Shown here: positions 44,520-53,755 of the stretch, piece by piece
How positions within the stretch are numbered: the stretch's first letter is position 1
Layout of the letters: each line of letters begins with the position of its first letter
DNA from: Patescibacteria group bacterium
GTDB taxonomy: Bacteria > Patescibacteriota > Patescibacteriia > Patescibacteriales > UBA12465
Assembly: GCA_050949525.1 (NCBI GenBank)
Contig: JBMNFW010000001.1
Location: 207,890 to 271,889, forward strand
Reading direction: 5' to 3'
DNA length: 64,000 nucleotides
The notes under the pieces: model-generated
Database searches by the model: none
What the model saw: only the letters and a program-made list of their open reading frames with translations
What the model was told of the DNA's origin: nothing
Translations under genes and position numbers: made by a program

Positions 44520-45776
44520 ATGAACTTTTTATCTTTTCAACAAGCTTTAAAAACTTCTTTTCAAGCTCTTAAGGTTAATAAAATTAGGAGCTTTTTAACT
44601 ATGTTGGGGATTATTATTGGTGTTGCCGCTGTTATTATTATCATTGATCTGGGAGCTGGAGCTCAAGGAATGATAGTAGGTCAAATTGAGAATCTAGGAT
44701 CTAATTTAATATCTATTACTCCAGGAAAATCTGATGATAAAAGTTTGCCCACTTCACTTTTTGGTATTACAGTTACTTCGCTTAGCTTAGATGATTTAAA
44801 AAGTTTAGAAAGAAGTAAAGAGAGTTTAGGAATTGAGGCTGTCACTGCTTATGTTAATGGGGTTGGTACGGCTTCTTTTAGAGATAATTCTTATGATACT
44901 AACTTGGAAGGGACTACTCATAGTTATTTAGATGTCGAAGGAGGGGAGTTATCGGCCGGTCGTTTTTTCTCTGAAGAAGAAAATTCTAATTTAGCTCGAG
45001 TAGCTATTTTAGGACATACAGTTAAACAAGAATTATTTGGTGATGGTGAGGCTATAGGTCAGAGAATAAAAATTAAACAAGGTATTTTTGAAGTTATTGG
45101 AGTCTTGGAAGAGAGAGGGCAAGTTACTTTCCGGGATTATGATGATAAAATTATTTTGCCTTTAAAAACTATGCAAAAAAATATTTTATCTATTAATTAT
45201 TTAAATATAATTAATATTAAGGCCCAAAGTGGGGTTGATATTGAGGAGCTAGTTTTTCGGGTGGAGGATTTGATTCGATCTAATCATGGCATTAGTGATT
45301 TAAGTGGGGCGAGTGATGATTTTTCGGTTAAAAGTTTAACTGAGTTTTTAGATTTAGCTAAAACTGTTACTGATGCTTTGAAGTATTTTTTAGTTTTAAT
45401 GGCTAGCTTGTCTTTAATTGTAGGGGGAATTGGTATTATGAATATTATGTTGATTAGTGTTAATGAGAGGACTCGAGAAATAGGATTGCGTAAAGCTTTA
45501 GGAGCGACTAATCTTGATATTAGTCAGCAGTTTTTATTTGAGTCTATTTTTCTAACATTATTTGGTGGAATAATTGGGATTTTAAGTGGTATATTTTTTT
45601 CGTGGTTAGTATCTTTTATTATGATTAATTTGGGTTATGATTGGGTGTTCTTAGTTACTCCTTTTTCAATTATACTAGCCATTAGTGTTTCGGCTTTAGT
45701 TGGCTTTGTTTTTGGTTGGTATCCAGCCAGGCGAGCTAGTCAATTAGAGCCAGTTCAAGCTTTAAATTATGAATAA
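44520..45776 (+). CDS. MacB-type ABC permease (MacB_PCD + FtsX domain), paralogue 1
   Basis: N-terminal TM helix, about 230-aa extracytoplasmic domain, C-terminal FtsX three-helix module with RTREIGLRKALGA motif. Confidence 0.85.
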   Translation: MNFLSFQQALKTSFQALKVNKIRSFLTMLGIIIGVAAVIIIIDLGAGAQGMIVGQIENLGSNLISITPGKSDDKSLPTSLFGITVTSLSLDDLKSLERSKESLGIEAVTAYVNGVGTASFRDNSYDTNLEGTTHSYLDVEGGELSAGRFFSEEENSNLARVAILGHTVKQELFGDGEAIGQRIKIKQGIFEVIGVLEERGQVTFRDYDDKIILPLKTMQKNILSINYLNIINIKAQSGVDIEELVFRVEDLIRSNHGISDLSGASDDFSVKSLTEFLDLAKTVTDALKYFLVLMASLSLIVGGIGIMNIMLISVNERTREIGLRKALGATNLDISQQFLFESIFLTLFGGIIGILSGIFFSWLVSFIMINLGYDWVFLVTPFSIILAISVSALVGFVFGWYPARRASQLEPVQALNYE

Positions 45777-45781
45777 AATAA

Positions 45782-47038
45782 ATGAGAATTAGAGAAGTTG
45801 TTAATTTATCATTGAAATTAATGTTAAGGAATCGCCTTAGAAGTGCCTTAACAATTTTAGGTATAGTAATTGGTATTGCTAGTATTATTATTGTTTTTTC
45901 AGCCGGTGAGGGTATTCGTTCTTTAATTACGAGCCAAATTGAATCTTTTGGAACTAATATTGTTCATACTCAGAGCAAAATTCCTAATCTCAAAAAAAGT
46001 TCGGAAGCTTCTGGTCAAGGTGTTAGTGCGATGGCTAGCGGAATTCAGATTACTACTTTAAAAGAGAAAGATTTAGAGGATGTTAAAAAATTAGATAATA
46101 TTGATGGTGGTTATGGGGTTATCTTAAGTCAGGAAACATTAACTTATTTGAATGAAACTAAAAAAGTTTTTTTATTTGGTGTTGGGGCAGATTATATCAG
46201 GATTGATAAGAGTGAACTTATTTCCGGTTACTTTTTTTCCGAAGCTGATAACAAGAATATGTCAGCGGTAGCTGTTTTAGGTTATAAAATAGCTCAAGAT
46301 TTTTTTGGTGAGGAAAGTCCAATTGGAAAAACGGTGGTAATAAAAAACAAGCGTTTTGAAATTATTGGTGTTTTAGGAGAAAAGGGTTCAGCTGGCAGTA
46401 TTGATTTTGACTCTATGGTTATATTACCAGTTAAAACTTTACAGAAAAAAATTATGGGGATAGATCATTTTATGTATATGATCCATAATTTGAAGGATGT
46501 GGATTTATCAGAAGAAACAGCTTTAGCTATTGAAGATATTTTACGAGAAAATCATCATATCAGTGATCCAGATCGAGATGATTTTCGAGTTAGTACCATG
46601 AAAGAAATGCTTAAAACTTCTGAAGAGGTGACTGACACTTTAACTATTTTTTTATTGTTAATTGTGGCTGTTTCTTTAGTGGTGGGGGGAGTTGGAATTT
46701 TGAATGTGATGTATGTAATAGTTTCAGAGCGTACTCCTGAAATTGGTTTACGTAAAGCTTTAGGGGCTAATTTTTATGATATTATGCAACAATTTTTAAT
46801 TGAATCAGTTTTAATTACTTTAATTGGTTCGTTTATTGGGATAATTGTTGGGGTTTTTGTTTCCTGTTTGATTTATTGGGGAGCTAATCGTTCTGGTTTA
46901 GATTGGCAATTAATTATACCTCTTAAAGCATTTATAGTAGCTATTATTTTTGCTTTATTTTTTGGTATAATATTTGGACTTTTTCCAGCTCGTAAAGCAG
47001 GACGTCTTGATCCAGTGGAGGCTTTAAGGAAGGAATAA
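45782..47038 (+). CDS. MacB-type ABC permease (MacB_PCD + FtsX domain), paralogue 2
   Basis: Same architecture as the preceding gene. RTPEIGLRKALGA motif. Confidence 0.85.
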   Translation: MRIREVVNLSLKLMLRNRLRSALTILGIVIGIASIIIVFSAGEGIRSLITSQIESFGTNIVHTQSKIPNLKKSSEASGQGVSAMASGIQITTLKEKDLEDVKKLDNIDGGYGVILSQETLTYLNETKKVFLFGVGADYIRIDKSELISGYFFSEADNKNMSAVAVLGYKIAQDFFGEESPIGKTVVIKNKRFEIIGVLGEKGSAGSIDFDSMVILPVKTLQKKIMGIDHFMYMIHNLKDVDLSEETALAIEDILRENHHISDPDRDDFRVSTMKEMLKTSEEVTDTLTIFLLLIVAVSLVVGGVGILNVMYVIVSERTPEIGLRKALGANFYDIMQQFLIESVLITLIGSFIGIIVGVFVSCLIYWGANRSGLDWQLIIPLKAFIVAIIFALFFGIIFGLFPARKAGRLDPVEALRKE

Positions 47039-47044
47039 TCATTA

Positions 47045-47073
47045 TTGACTAAAAGTCAATAACAAGTTAATAT
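47045..47073 (+). promoter_or_regulatory. Candidate promoter for the second mreB (TTGACT-17 nt-TAATAT) overlapping a hairpin/palindrome
   Basis: TTGACT 47045-47050, 17-nt spacer, TAATAT 47068-47073. TTATTGAC-taaaa-GTCAATAA inverted repeat at 47042-47062. Confidence 0.4.
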
Positions 47074-47097
47074 ATTGGTATTATTTAATCTATTTTT

Positions 47098-48111
47098 ATG
47101 ATGGTAAAAAGAATTGGAGTTGATCTTGGAACTACATATACTTTGGTATATCTACCTAAGCGTGGTGTTATTATCAATGAGCCTAGTGTAGTAGCAGTGT
47201 CGATTGAGGATAATAAAGTTTTAGCAGTGGGGAATGAAGCTAAAGATATGCTTGGTAGGACTCCGGATACTATTATGGCTCTTAAACCTTTAAAAGAGGG
47301 AGTTATTGCTGATTACAAAACCACCGAAGCTATGGTTCGTTATTTTATTAATAAAACGTTAGGGAAAATTAGATTTTTTCGTCCTGAAGTTATGGTAGCT
47401 GTTCCAGCTGGAATATCATCAACTGAGAGAAGAGCAGTAATTGAAGCTACTATTGCTGCTGGATCTAAAGCCGCTTATATTATTAAAGAACCGATTGCGG
47501 CGGCTATCGGAGCTAATATTCCTATTAGTTCGGCTACTGGTCATATGGTTATTGATATTGGTGGTGGGACTTCAGAGATGGCAGTTATTTCTTTAGGTGG
47601 GGTAGTGTCTTCTACTTCAGTTCGGGTTGGTGGAAATAAATTAGATTTAGCTATTTTAGAGTTTATTAGAAAAAAATATTCTTTAGTTATTGGAGAACGG
47701 ACAGCGGAAGAGATGAAGATTAAAGTTGGATCCGCTTTATTTTTAGATGATGATAATGTATTAACTGTGGAAATTAATGGTCGTGATGCGGTTTCTGGAT
47801 TACCCAAAACTATTGAAGTTAATAGTAATGATGTTACTTCAGCTATTTCTGGTGAATTAGAAACAATTTTAAATACAGCTAAAAAAATACTTCAACAAAC
47901 CCCACCTGAATTAGTGGCTGATATTATTGATAAAGGTATTGTTTTAACTGGTGGTACCGCCTTACTTCGAAATATTGATCAACTTTTTATGCAGGCTATT
48001 GGCGTGTCAGCTTATGTGGCTGATGACCCTTTATTATGTGTGGCCAAGGGAACTGGTATTGCTTTAGATAATCTTGATTCCTACAAAAGAAGTATTTTGG
48101 CTACTAAATAA
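47098..48111 (+). CDS. Second MreB-family actin homologue (paralogue outside the mreBCD operon)
   Basis: VDLGTTYT, EPSVVA, DIGGGTSE, LTGGTALL motifs. Colinear with the 38046-39089 product but clearly diverged. Confidence 0.9.
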   Translation: MMVKRIGVDLGTTYTLVYLPKRGVIINEPSVVAVSIEDNKVLAVGNEAKDMLGRTPDTIMALKPLKEGVIADYKTTEAMVRYFINKTLGKIRFFRPEVMVAVPAGISSTERRAVIEATIAAGSKAAYIIKEPIAAAIGANIPISSATGHMVIDIGGGTSEMAVISLGGVVSSTSVRVGGNKLDLAILEFIRKKYSLVIGERTAEEMKIKVGSALFLDDDNVLTVEINGRDAVSGLPKTIEVNSNDVTSAISGELETILNTAKKILQQTPPELVADIIDKGIVLTGGTALLRNIDQLFMQAIGVSAYVADDPLLCVAKGTGIALDNLDSYKRSILATK

Positions 48112-48112
48112 T

Positions 48113-49327
48113 ATGGTTATTGGAATAGATGCTTCGCGGGCTAATAAAAAATTTAAAACCGGAACGGAATGGTATTCCTATTATTTAATTATTAATTTAA
48201 TTAAATTAGATTCGGAAAATAAATATATATTATACTCCGACCAGCCTTTAAGCTCGTCGTTTTTATTTGATTTAGATTTAGAGAAAAATACTCATGTTCG
48301 GGTTAAGGTTTTAAAATGGCCCAGTAAATATTTATGGACTTTAGGTCGTATGAGTTTAGAAATGATTTTTTGTCGGCCTGATGTTTTATTTGTACCGGCT
48401 CATGTTTTGCCATTTTTTAGTCCCAAAAAAACTATTAATACTATTCATGACGTTGCTTTTTTAAAGGATGACCTTCTTTATTCTCCAGATATGTCTTCTA
48501 GTAATTCTAGATGTGTTGATTCTTGGCTTAATATTTTAGTTAAGATTTTTACTTGTGGTCGTTATAGGTTTAGGTCAGTTGATTATCTTGATTGGTCAAC
48601 TCGTTTTGCCTTAAAAAAAGCTAAGAAGATTATCGCGGTATCCAATACTACTAAACAAGAGATTTTAAACAGTTATCCTAAGGCTAAAGAAGATAAAATT
48701 TCAGTGGTTCATAATGGTTATAATAATAATCTTTATCGTGTTATAGATGATAAATCAGTTATTAATTCGATTTTAAAGAAGTATGGACTAAATTTTAAAT
48801 TTTTTCTTTATGTTGGTAGGTTAGAAAAAAAGAAAAACCTCCATACTTTAATTGAGGCTTTTGCTAGTTACAAAGAAAAAACAGCTGGAGAGGAGAAGTT
48901 AGTTTTGATAGGGAAAATTGGTTATGGCTGTGATGAAATTAAATATTTAGTTAGTGAACTAGATCTAGAGTCTGAGGTGGTGGCTTTAGGATGGGTGGAT
49001 GAGAAAGATTTAGCTTCAATTTTTAATCAAGCTGAAATATTTATTTTTCCTTCTTTGCATGAAGGTTTTGGTATTCCGGTAATTCAGGCGATGGCTTGTA
49101 ATACTCCCGTCATTGCTTCTGATATTCCAGTTTTAAAAGAGGTAGCTCAAGAGGCTGCTTTGTTTTTTTCTTGTCATGATTCTGGTGATTTAGCTGAGAA
49201 GATAGAAAAAATTCAAAATGATTTAATTTTAAAAGAGGAGCTAAGGAAAAAAGGCTTAGCACATAGTCAGAATTTTTCTTGGGTTAAGTGTGCTCAAGAA
49301 ACTTTAAATGTTATTAAGTCTTTGTAG
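48113..49327 (+). CDS. Glycosyltransferase family 4 (GT-B, GT1-type C-terminal domain)
   Basis: C-terminal FIFPSLHEGFGIPVIQAMA E-x7-E-type motif. Start placed at MVIGIDAS just after the mreB2 stop. Confidence 0.8.
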   Translation: MVIGIDASRANKKFKTGTEWYSYYLIINLIKLDSENKYILYSDQPLSSSFLFDLDLEKNTHVRVKVLKWPSKYLWTLGRMSLEMIFCRPDVLFVPAHVLPFFSPKKTINTIHDVAFLKDDLLYSPDMSSSNSRCVDSWLNILVKIFTCGRYRFRSVDYLDWSTRFALKKAKKIIAVSNTTKQEILNSYPKAKEDKISVVHNGYNNNLYRVIDDKSVINSILKKYGLNFKFFLYVGRLEKKKNLHTLIEAFASYKEKTAGEEKLVLIGKIGYGCDEIKYLVSELDLESEVVALGWVDEKDLASIFNQAEIFIFPSLHEGFGIPVIQAMACNTPVIASDIPVLKEVAQEAALFFSCHDSGDLAEKIEKIQNDLILKEELRKKGLAHSQNFSWVKCAQETLNVIKSL

Positions 49328-49330
49328 TTT

Positions 49331-50287
49331 ATGTCTAAGAAGTTGGTGATTATAATTGGAGCAATTTTAATTAGTTTATTATTTTTTTTCTTTTTATTTT
49401 TTAAAAAAAATTCTGTTTATAATCTTAGTAATTTTAATAGTTCTAATATTGAAATTGAAAATGATATTCCTAATCCTTTTCTAATTGCGGCTATTATTGA
49501 TAATCATCCTGATGCTCGTCCTCAATTTGGTTTATCTCAAGCTAGCATGGTGTTTGATGTGCCAGTTGAGGGGGGTATTACTCGTTTTTTAGCTTTTTTT
49601 CCGGTTAATTTATCGGAAGACTTTAAAATCGGACCAATTAGAAGTTTGCGTCCTTATTTTTTAGATATTGCTCTTGAATATCAAGCTTTATTACTTCATT
49701 GTGGTGGTAGCCCTGAGGCTTTGGCTCGAGTAGTGAAAGAAGAGGTTAAAACTTTTAATGAGTTTTATGATCAAGAATATTTTTCTCGTTATTCATCCTA
49801 TCAAGCTCCACATAATATTTTAGCTTCTTATACTTTAATTTCGGAGTACTTAAATGAAGAAAATTTTTTGATTGGTGATTATGAAGATTGGGCAACTAAA
49901 AAATCGGAATCTAATTATTTTACTGATAATTCTAGTATTGAAATAAAGAGAAGTGGCTCGCAGTATAATATTTCTTGGATTTATGATTTTAATCAGGTTA
50001 AATATCGACAAGAAAAGACAGGTCTAGAAGCTGATAATATTATTATTCGACCTATTTCTACTAAAGTATTAGATGATGATTTAAGATTAGAGATTGGTTT
50101 GATAGGTAGAGGGGAGGCTATAATTTGTCAAGATTCTTATTGTCAGGAAGTGGTTTGGGAGAAGAAAGATAAAGATGATCAAACTCGTTATTATTTTAAA
50201 GATGGTCGTGATTTTGTTTTTAATATTGGAAAAACCTGGATTCATTTCATTGATCAAAACTCTTCTTTTTCTATTAAAAACTGGTGA
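49331..50287 (+). CDS. DUF3048-family secreted/membrane-anchored protein (YerB-like)
   Basis: N-terminal TM/signal anchor. DNHPDARPQFGLSQASMVFDVPVEGGITRFLAFF matches the DUF3048 N-domain signature. Confidence 0.7.
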   Translation: MSKKLVIIIGAILISLLFFFFLFFKKNSVYNLSNFNSSNIEIENDIPNPFLIAAIIDNHPDARPQFGLSQASMVFDVPVEGGITRFLAFFPVNLSEDFKIGPIRSLRPYFLDIALEYQALLLHCGGSPEALARVVKEEVKTFNEFYDQEYFSRYSSYQAPHNILASYTLISEYLNEENFLIGDYEDWATKKSESNYFTDNSSIEIKRSGSQYNISWIYDFNQVKYRQEKTGLEADNIIIRPISTKVLDDDLRLEIGLIGRGEAIICQDSYCQEVVWEKKDKDDQTRYYFKDGRDFVFNIGKTWIHFIDQNSSFSIKNW

Positions 50288-51143
50288 TTATTAAACGATC
50301 TTGTTGACTTAAATCTTTAATGACTTCATTTTTATGACTAGTTGATACTAGTTTTTCTTTTATTATTTTTAACAAAAGATTTTTTTGATGTGGATTTATT
50401 TCTTGATAGACAGTCCATTTATTATTATTTAAGGGAAAATGACTAATTTTTTTCCATAAATCTTGATAGATTTCTAATCCCTCTAATCCACCGTCTAGGG
50501 CTAGCCTAGGTTCAGCTTTAATACTAGGTGAGTTTTTCATTTCTTCTTTTGTTAAGTATGGCAGATTAGCTAATATTATTAATTGAGTATTTTTTGTTTT
50601 ATTTATTAAGTTTGATAATGGATCTAAAAGGTTACCTAAGCATAGTTTTATTACCTTATCCATCTGATGTCTTTTAGTATTTTTTTTAGCTATTTTCAAA
50701 GCTTGATGACTGATATCTACTCCCCAGAAGGAGTAGTTTTTTTTATGTTGCAGTAAATGAGCTAAGGTGATGATTAGACAGGCTGAACCAGTTCCGAGAT
50801 CAATTATTATTTTCTTTTTTTCATCATCTACTTTTTTTAAATTTAATAGAACTTGATCTATAATTAATTCACTTTCTGGTCGGGGAATTAGAGTATGATG
50901 ATTAACAAAAAAGTCTAAATGATAAAAACTTTTTTCTCCACTTAAATAAGCTAAGGGTTTTCCAGATAATCTTTGTTTTAAAAGTTGGTTTATATTTTTT
51001 TCTTCTCGAGATGTTAAAATTTTATTAAATTTAGTGATTAGTTTTTCTCGACTAATTTTTAGAGATAAGGAAAGAATTAACTCAGCTTCTAAGGCTGAGT
51101 TTAACTTTTGACTAAGTTCTTTAATTTTCTGTTGAATAGTCAT
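50274..51143 (-). CDS. prmC: Release-factor glutamine N5-methyltransferase PrmC/HemK
   Basis: SAM motif [11 protein letters not shown], substrate motif present as NLPY (ILANLPYL). 23-nt overlap with prfA. Confidence 0.8.
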   Translation of the reverse strand: MTIQQKIKELSQKLNSALEAELILSLSLKISREKLITKFNKILTSREEKNINQLLKQRLSGKPLAYLSGEKSFYHLDFFVNHHTLIPRPESELIIDQVLLNLKKVDDEKKKIIIDLGTGSACLIITLAHLLQHKKNYSFWGVDISHQALKIAKKNTKRHQMDKVIKLCLGNLLDPLSNLINKTKNTQLIILANLPYLTKEEMKNSPSIKAEPRLALDGGLEGLEIYQDLWKKISHFPLNNNKWTVYQEINPHQKNLLLKIIKEKLVSTSHKNEVIKDLSQQDRLIITSF

Positions 51144-52173
51144 GTTCTTTTAGGTCTTTAATAATTTCATTTAAATTTCCTTCCATTATTTCATTAATAT
51201 TGTGCCAAGATTTATTAATTCGATGATCAGTAAGGCGACTTTGGGGGAAATTATATGTTCTAATTTTATCACTTCGATCACCTTTACCAATTTGACCTTT
51301 TCTTTCTAAGGTTTCTTTTTCAGCTCGTTCTTCCTCTATTTTAGCTAAAAGACGAGATCTTAGAATCTGCATAGCTTTTTCTTTATTTTGGTGTTGGGAT
51401 TTTTGATCTTGACAGCTAACTACTAAGCCAGTAGGTAAGTGAGTAATACGAATTGCCGAATAAGTAGTATTAACACTTTGTCCGCCTGGCCCAGAAGAGC
51501 AGAAAGTATCAACTCTAATCTCATTTGCATCAATTTTAAGGTCAATTTCTTCGGCTTCCGGCATAACAATTACAGTGGAGGTTGAAGTATGAACTCGTCC
51601 TTGTTTTTCAGTTTCTGGAACTCGCTGAACACGATGAGTTCCAGCTTCATATTTTAAATCTCCATAAACATTAGAGCCCTTAACTGAAAATATGATTTCT
51701 TTATAGCCACCAATACCGATAGCGTTAGAGCTTAGAACTTCAGTTTTCCAACCTTTATTCTCCGCGAACTTTAAATACATTTTACTAAGTTCGGCGGTGA
51801 ATAAAGCTCCTTCATCACCACCAGCTCCTGCTCTAATTTCCATGATTACATCTTTTTTATCATTAGGATCAACTGGTCGTAACTCTATATCTAGTTCTTT
51901 TTTTATTCTCTTTTGTTCTTCTTCTAAAAGTTTTAAATCTTCTTGAGCTAATTCTAATAATTCAGTGTCGGATTCATTTTTTATGATTTCTTGATTATTA
52001 GTGATGTTTTCTTCAATTTTTTCTAAGGATATTATTAAATCATAGACTTTTTTTAAAGTCGCATGATCTTTAGCAATTTGACTAAATTCTTTAGGATTAG
52101 ACATTAATTCTGGATCAGAGATTTTTTTTTCTAATTCTTGAAATTCTTTTTTTATTTCTGAATATTTATTCAT
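51121..52173 (-). CDS. prfA: Peptide chain release factor 1
   Basis: GGQ motif ([11 protein letters not shown]), P-x-T recognition motif as PET ([14 protein letters not shown]), RF-1 N-terminal coiled region. Confidence 0.95.
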   Translation of the reverse strand: MNKYSEIKKEFQELEKKISDPELMSNPKEFSQIAKDHATLKKVYDLIISLEKIEENITNNQEIIKNESDTELLELAQEDLKLLEEEQKRIKKELDIELRPVDPNDKKDVIMEIRAGAGGDEGALFTAELSKMYLKFAENKGWKTEVLSSNAIGIGGYKEIIFSVKGSNVYGDLKYEAGTHRVQRVPETEKQGRVHTSTSTVIVMPEAEEIDLKIDANEIRVDTFCSSGPGGQSVNTTYSAIRITHLPTGLVVSCQDQKSQHQNKEKAMQILRSRLLAKIEEERAEKETLERKGQIGKGDRSDKIRTYNFPQSRLTDHRINKSWHNINEIMEGNLNEIIKDLKEHDYSTEN

Positions 52174-52180
52174 ATTTTGT

Positions 52181-52210
52181 GTAAAATAAAAGCCCCGAGA
52201 TGGCGCTTTT
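52181..52210 (-). terminator. Terminator-like hairpin after rpmE (minus strand)
   Basis: Minus-strand AAAAGCGCC-atctc-GGGGCTTTT (one mismatch) followed by ATTTTA. Confidence 0.45.
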
Positions 52211-52225
52211 ATTATTTCTATTTAT

Positions 52226-52501
52226 CTATTTATTTGTTTTTTTAGCTTTTTTTTCAGCTTTTTCAGCTCGTTTCTGTGTTTTTCCTTTACGATTTTCGTC
52301 TTTTTTCTCTAATCTAGCTTTAAATTTACCTACTCGATTAGCAGTATCAACTAATTTTTGTTTTCCAGTATAAAAAGGATGACAATTGGAGCATAGTTCA
52401 GTTTTAAGTTCATTCTCAATAGATCCAGTTTCCATAGTAAAGCCACAAGCGCAACTAACTTTAATATTATTATTATACTTAGGATGAATATCTTTTTTCA
52501 T
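52226..52501 (-). CDS. rpmE: 50S ribosomal protein L31 (Zn-binding type) with Lys-rich C-terminal extension
   Basis: MKKDIHPKY start, C-x-C...C-x2-C (CAC...CSNC), HPFYTGKQK motif. Confidence 0.9.
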   Translation of the reverse strand: MKKDIHPKYNNNIKVSCACGFTMETGSIENELKTELCSNCHPFYTGKQKLVDTANRVGKFKARLEKKDENRKGKTQKRAEKAEKKAKKTNK

Positions 52502-52571
52502 ATTTTATTTTTATAATTATATAAAACAAATCATTCGGAAAAATGACTTACTGCTTGATAATATCATAAGG

Positions 52572-53705
52572 TGAAAAATAAATCAATAGTTTGTATTAGT
52601 CCACGTCATTTTGGAAAAAAAATTATTATTAACCAAATAATTCATCGGAGATACTAATTCAAGGCTCCAATGTGGTCTATCGGTATTATACCAAAGAAGC
52701 CAATCAATTAACAAATTATTAAAATCATCTAAATTATCAAAGTATTTTTCACCACTCCAATCAATGAATTCTTCTTGAATAGTCCTATTAAATTTCTCAA
52801 TATGACCCTGTTTGTATGGTCTACCTGGATAATTGAAATAATGCTCAATTTTTCTCTCTTCTAAGTATTTTTTAAAATAGAGATGGAATTCTAAACCATT
52901 ATCAGTCTGAACAGCCTTAATATTAAAGGGCATGACTTCTTCTAATTTTTTAAAAAAATCTTTAGCATTAGAGCTACTAATTCTGTTATAGGCATAAGCG
53001 AAAGCTGTTCGGCTAAAAGTATCAACAGCGGTAATAATATATCTCTTTAATCCATTGTGAAATCTAACAACAGTATCTATCTCTATTAAATCCCCAGGAT
53101 TATTTACTTGTAATTCCTTAGGTTTTCTTTTCTTTTTAGTTTTTTTAATTTTTTTAATCTTACCAAAATGAGATATTTTCTGTCTATGATGATATATATC
53201 TTTATCTTTAATAATTCTACCTATCTTTGATTCTGAGTATATTGGTAAATTATTAATTTCACAAAATTTATCTAAAAATTTTTTAACTTTAGTTTTATCC
53301 ATATTAGGACAAATCTCTAGTCTTAAACGTCTAATCTCTTTTAATATCAGAGGATGTATTTCTCTTTTATTCTTGTTAATCCTAGCTTGGGATTTAGGAT
53401 TGAGAGCTTCTATCTTGCCACCCCCTTCTCTAAATATTTTTTGCCAATTGTATAGGGTAGATTTTTTAACCCCAAAGGCATCAGTAGTGGCTTGAAGGCC
53501 ATATTGCTTCCAAAATTCTAATATTTTGAGTCTTTGTCTAGCTTCTTTGGTAATCATATATTTTTGCTTAATTGCATCATTATATAATGTACCAAATCCG
53601 GGACAATTATAGTACTTAAACTTTATCTGCATACATTTTGGGCTTTTTATTTTCCAAAATGTATCTGAACTTATTCATAGTTTATAGTAGATTGATTTTT
53701 TCTCA
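52572..53705 (-). mobile_element. IS481-like insertion sequence (outer plausible limits; ends not resolved)
   Basis: Single DDE/rve transposase ORF. Best inverted repeat is CATTTTGGAAAAAAAA (52607-52622) vs its complement at 53646-53661 (15/16). Weaker outer pair is TGAAAAATAAATCAAT (52572-52587) vs 53691-53705. No target duplication seen. Confidence 0.55.
52583..53632 (-). CDS. DDE transposase with N-terminal HTH and integrase-core (rve) domain, IS481-family-like
   Basis: HTH region (KSTLYNWQKIF), catalytic D (LIEIDTV), D (VQTDNGLEF), E (GHIEKFNRTIQEEF), YNTDRPHWSL tail motif. Confidence 0.85.
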   Translation of the reverse strand: MQIKFKYYNCPGFGTLYNDAIKQKYMITKEARQRLKILEFWKQYGLQATTDAFGVKKSTLYNWQKIFREGGGKIEALNPKSQARINKNKREIHPLILKEIRRLRLEICPNMDKTKVKKFLDKFCEINNLPIYSESKIGRIIKDKDIYHHRQKISHFGKIKKIKKTKKKRKPKELQVNNPGDLIEIDTVVRFHNGLKRYIITAVDTFSRTAFAYAYNRISSSNAKDFFKKLEEVMPFNIKAVQTDNGLEFHLYFKKYLEERKIEHYFNYPGRPYKQGHIEKFNRTIQEEFIDWSGEKYFDNLDDFNNLLIDWLLWYNTDRPHWSLELVSPMNYLVNNNFFSKMTWTNTNY

Positions 53706-53755
53706 TTCTATGTTAGAATAGGATAGGATATATAACTAATAATTAAAATATAAAT

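Noticed and set aside
47541-47807. 88-aa minus-strand ORF inside the second mreB. The same applies to 58170-58385 (+) inside a GT4 gene and 62518-62754 (+) inside the GT2 gene.
   Set aside because: They are antisense to genes with clear family motifs, and there is no independent support.
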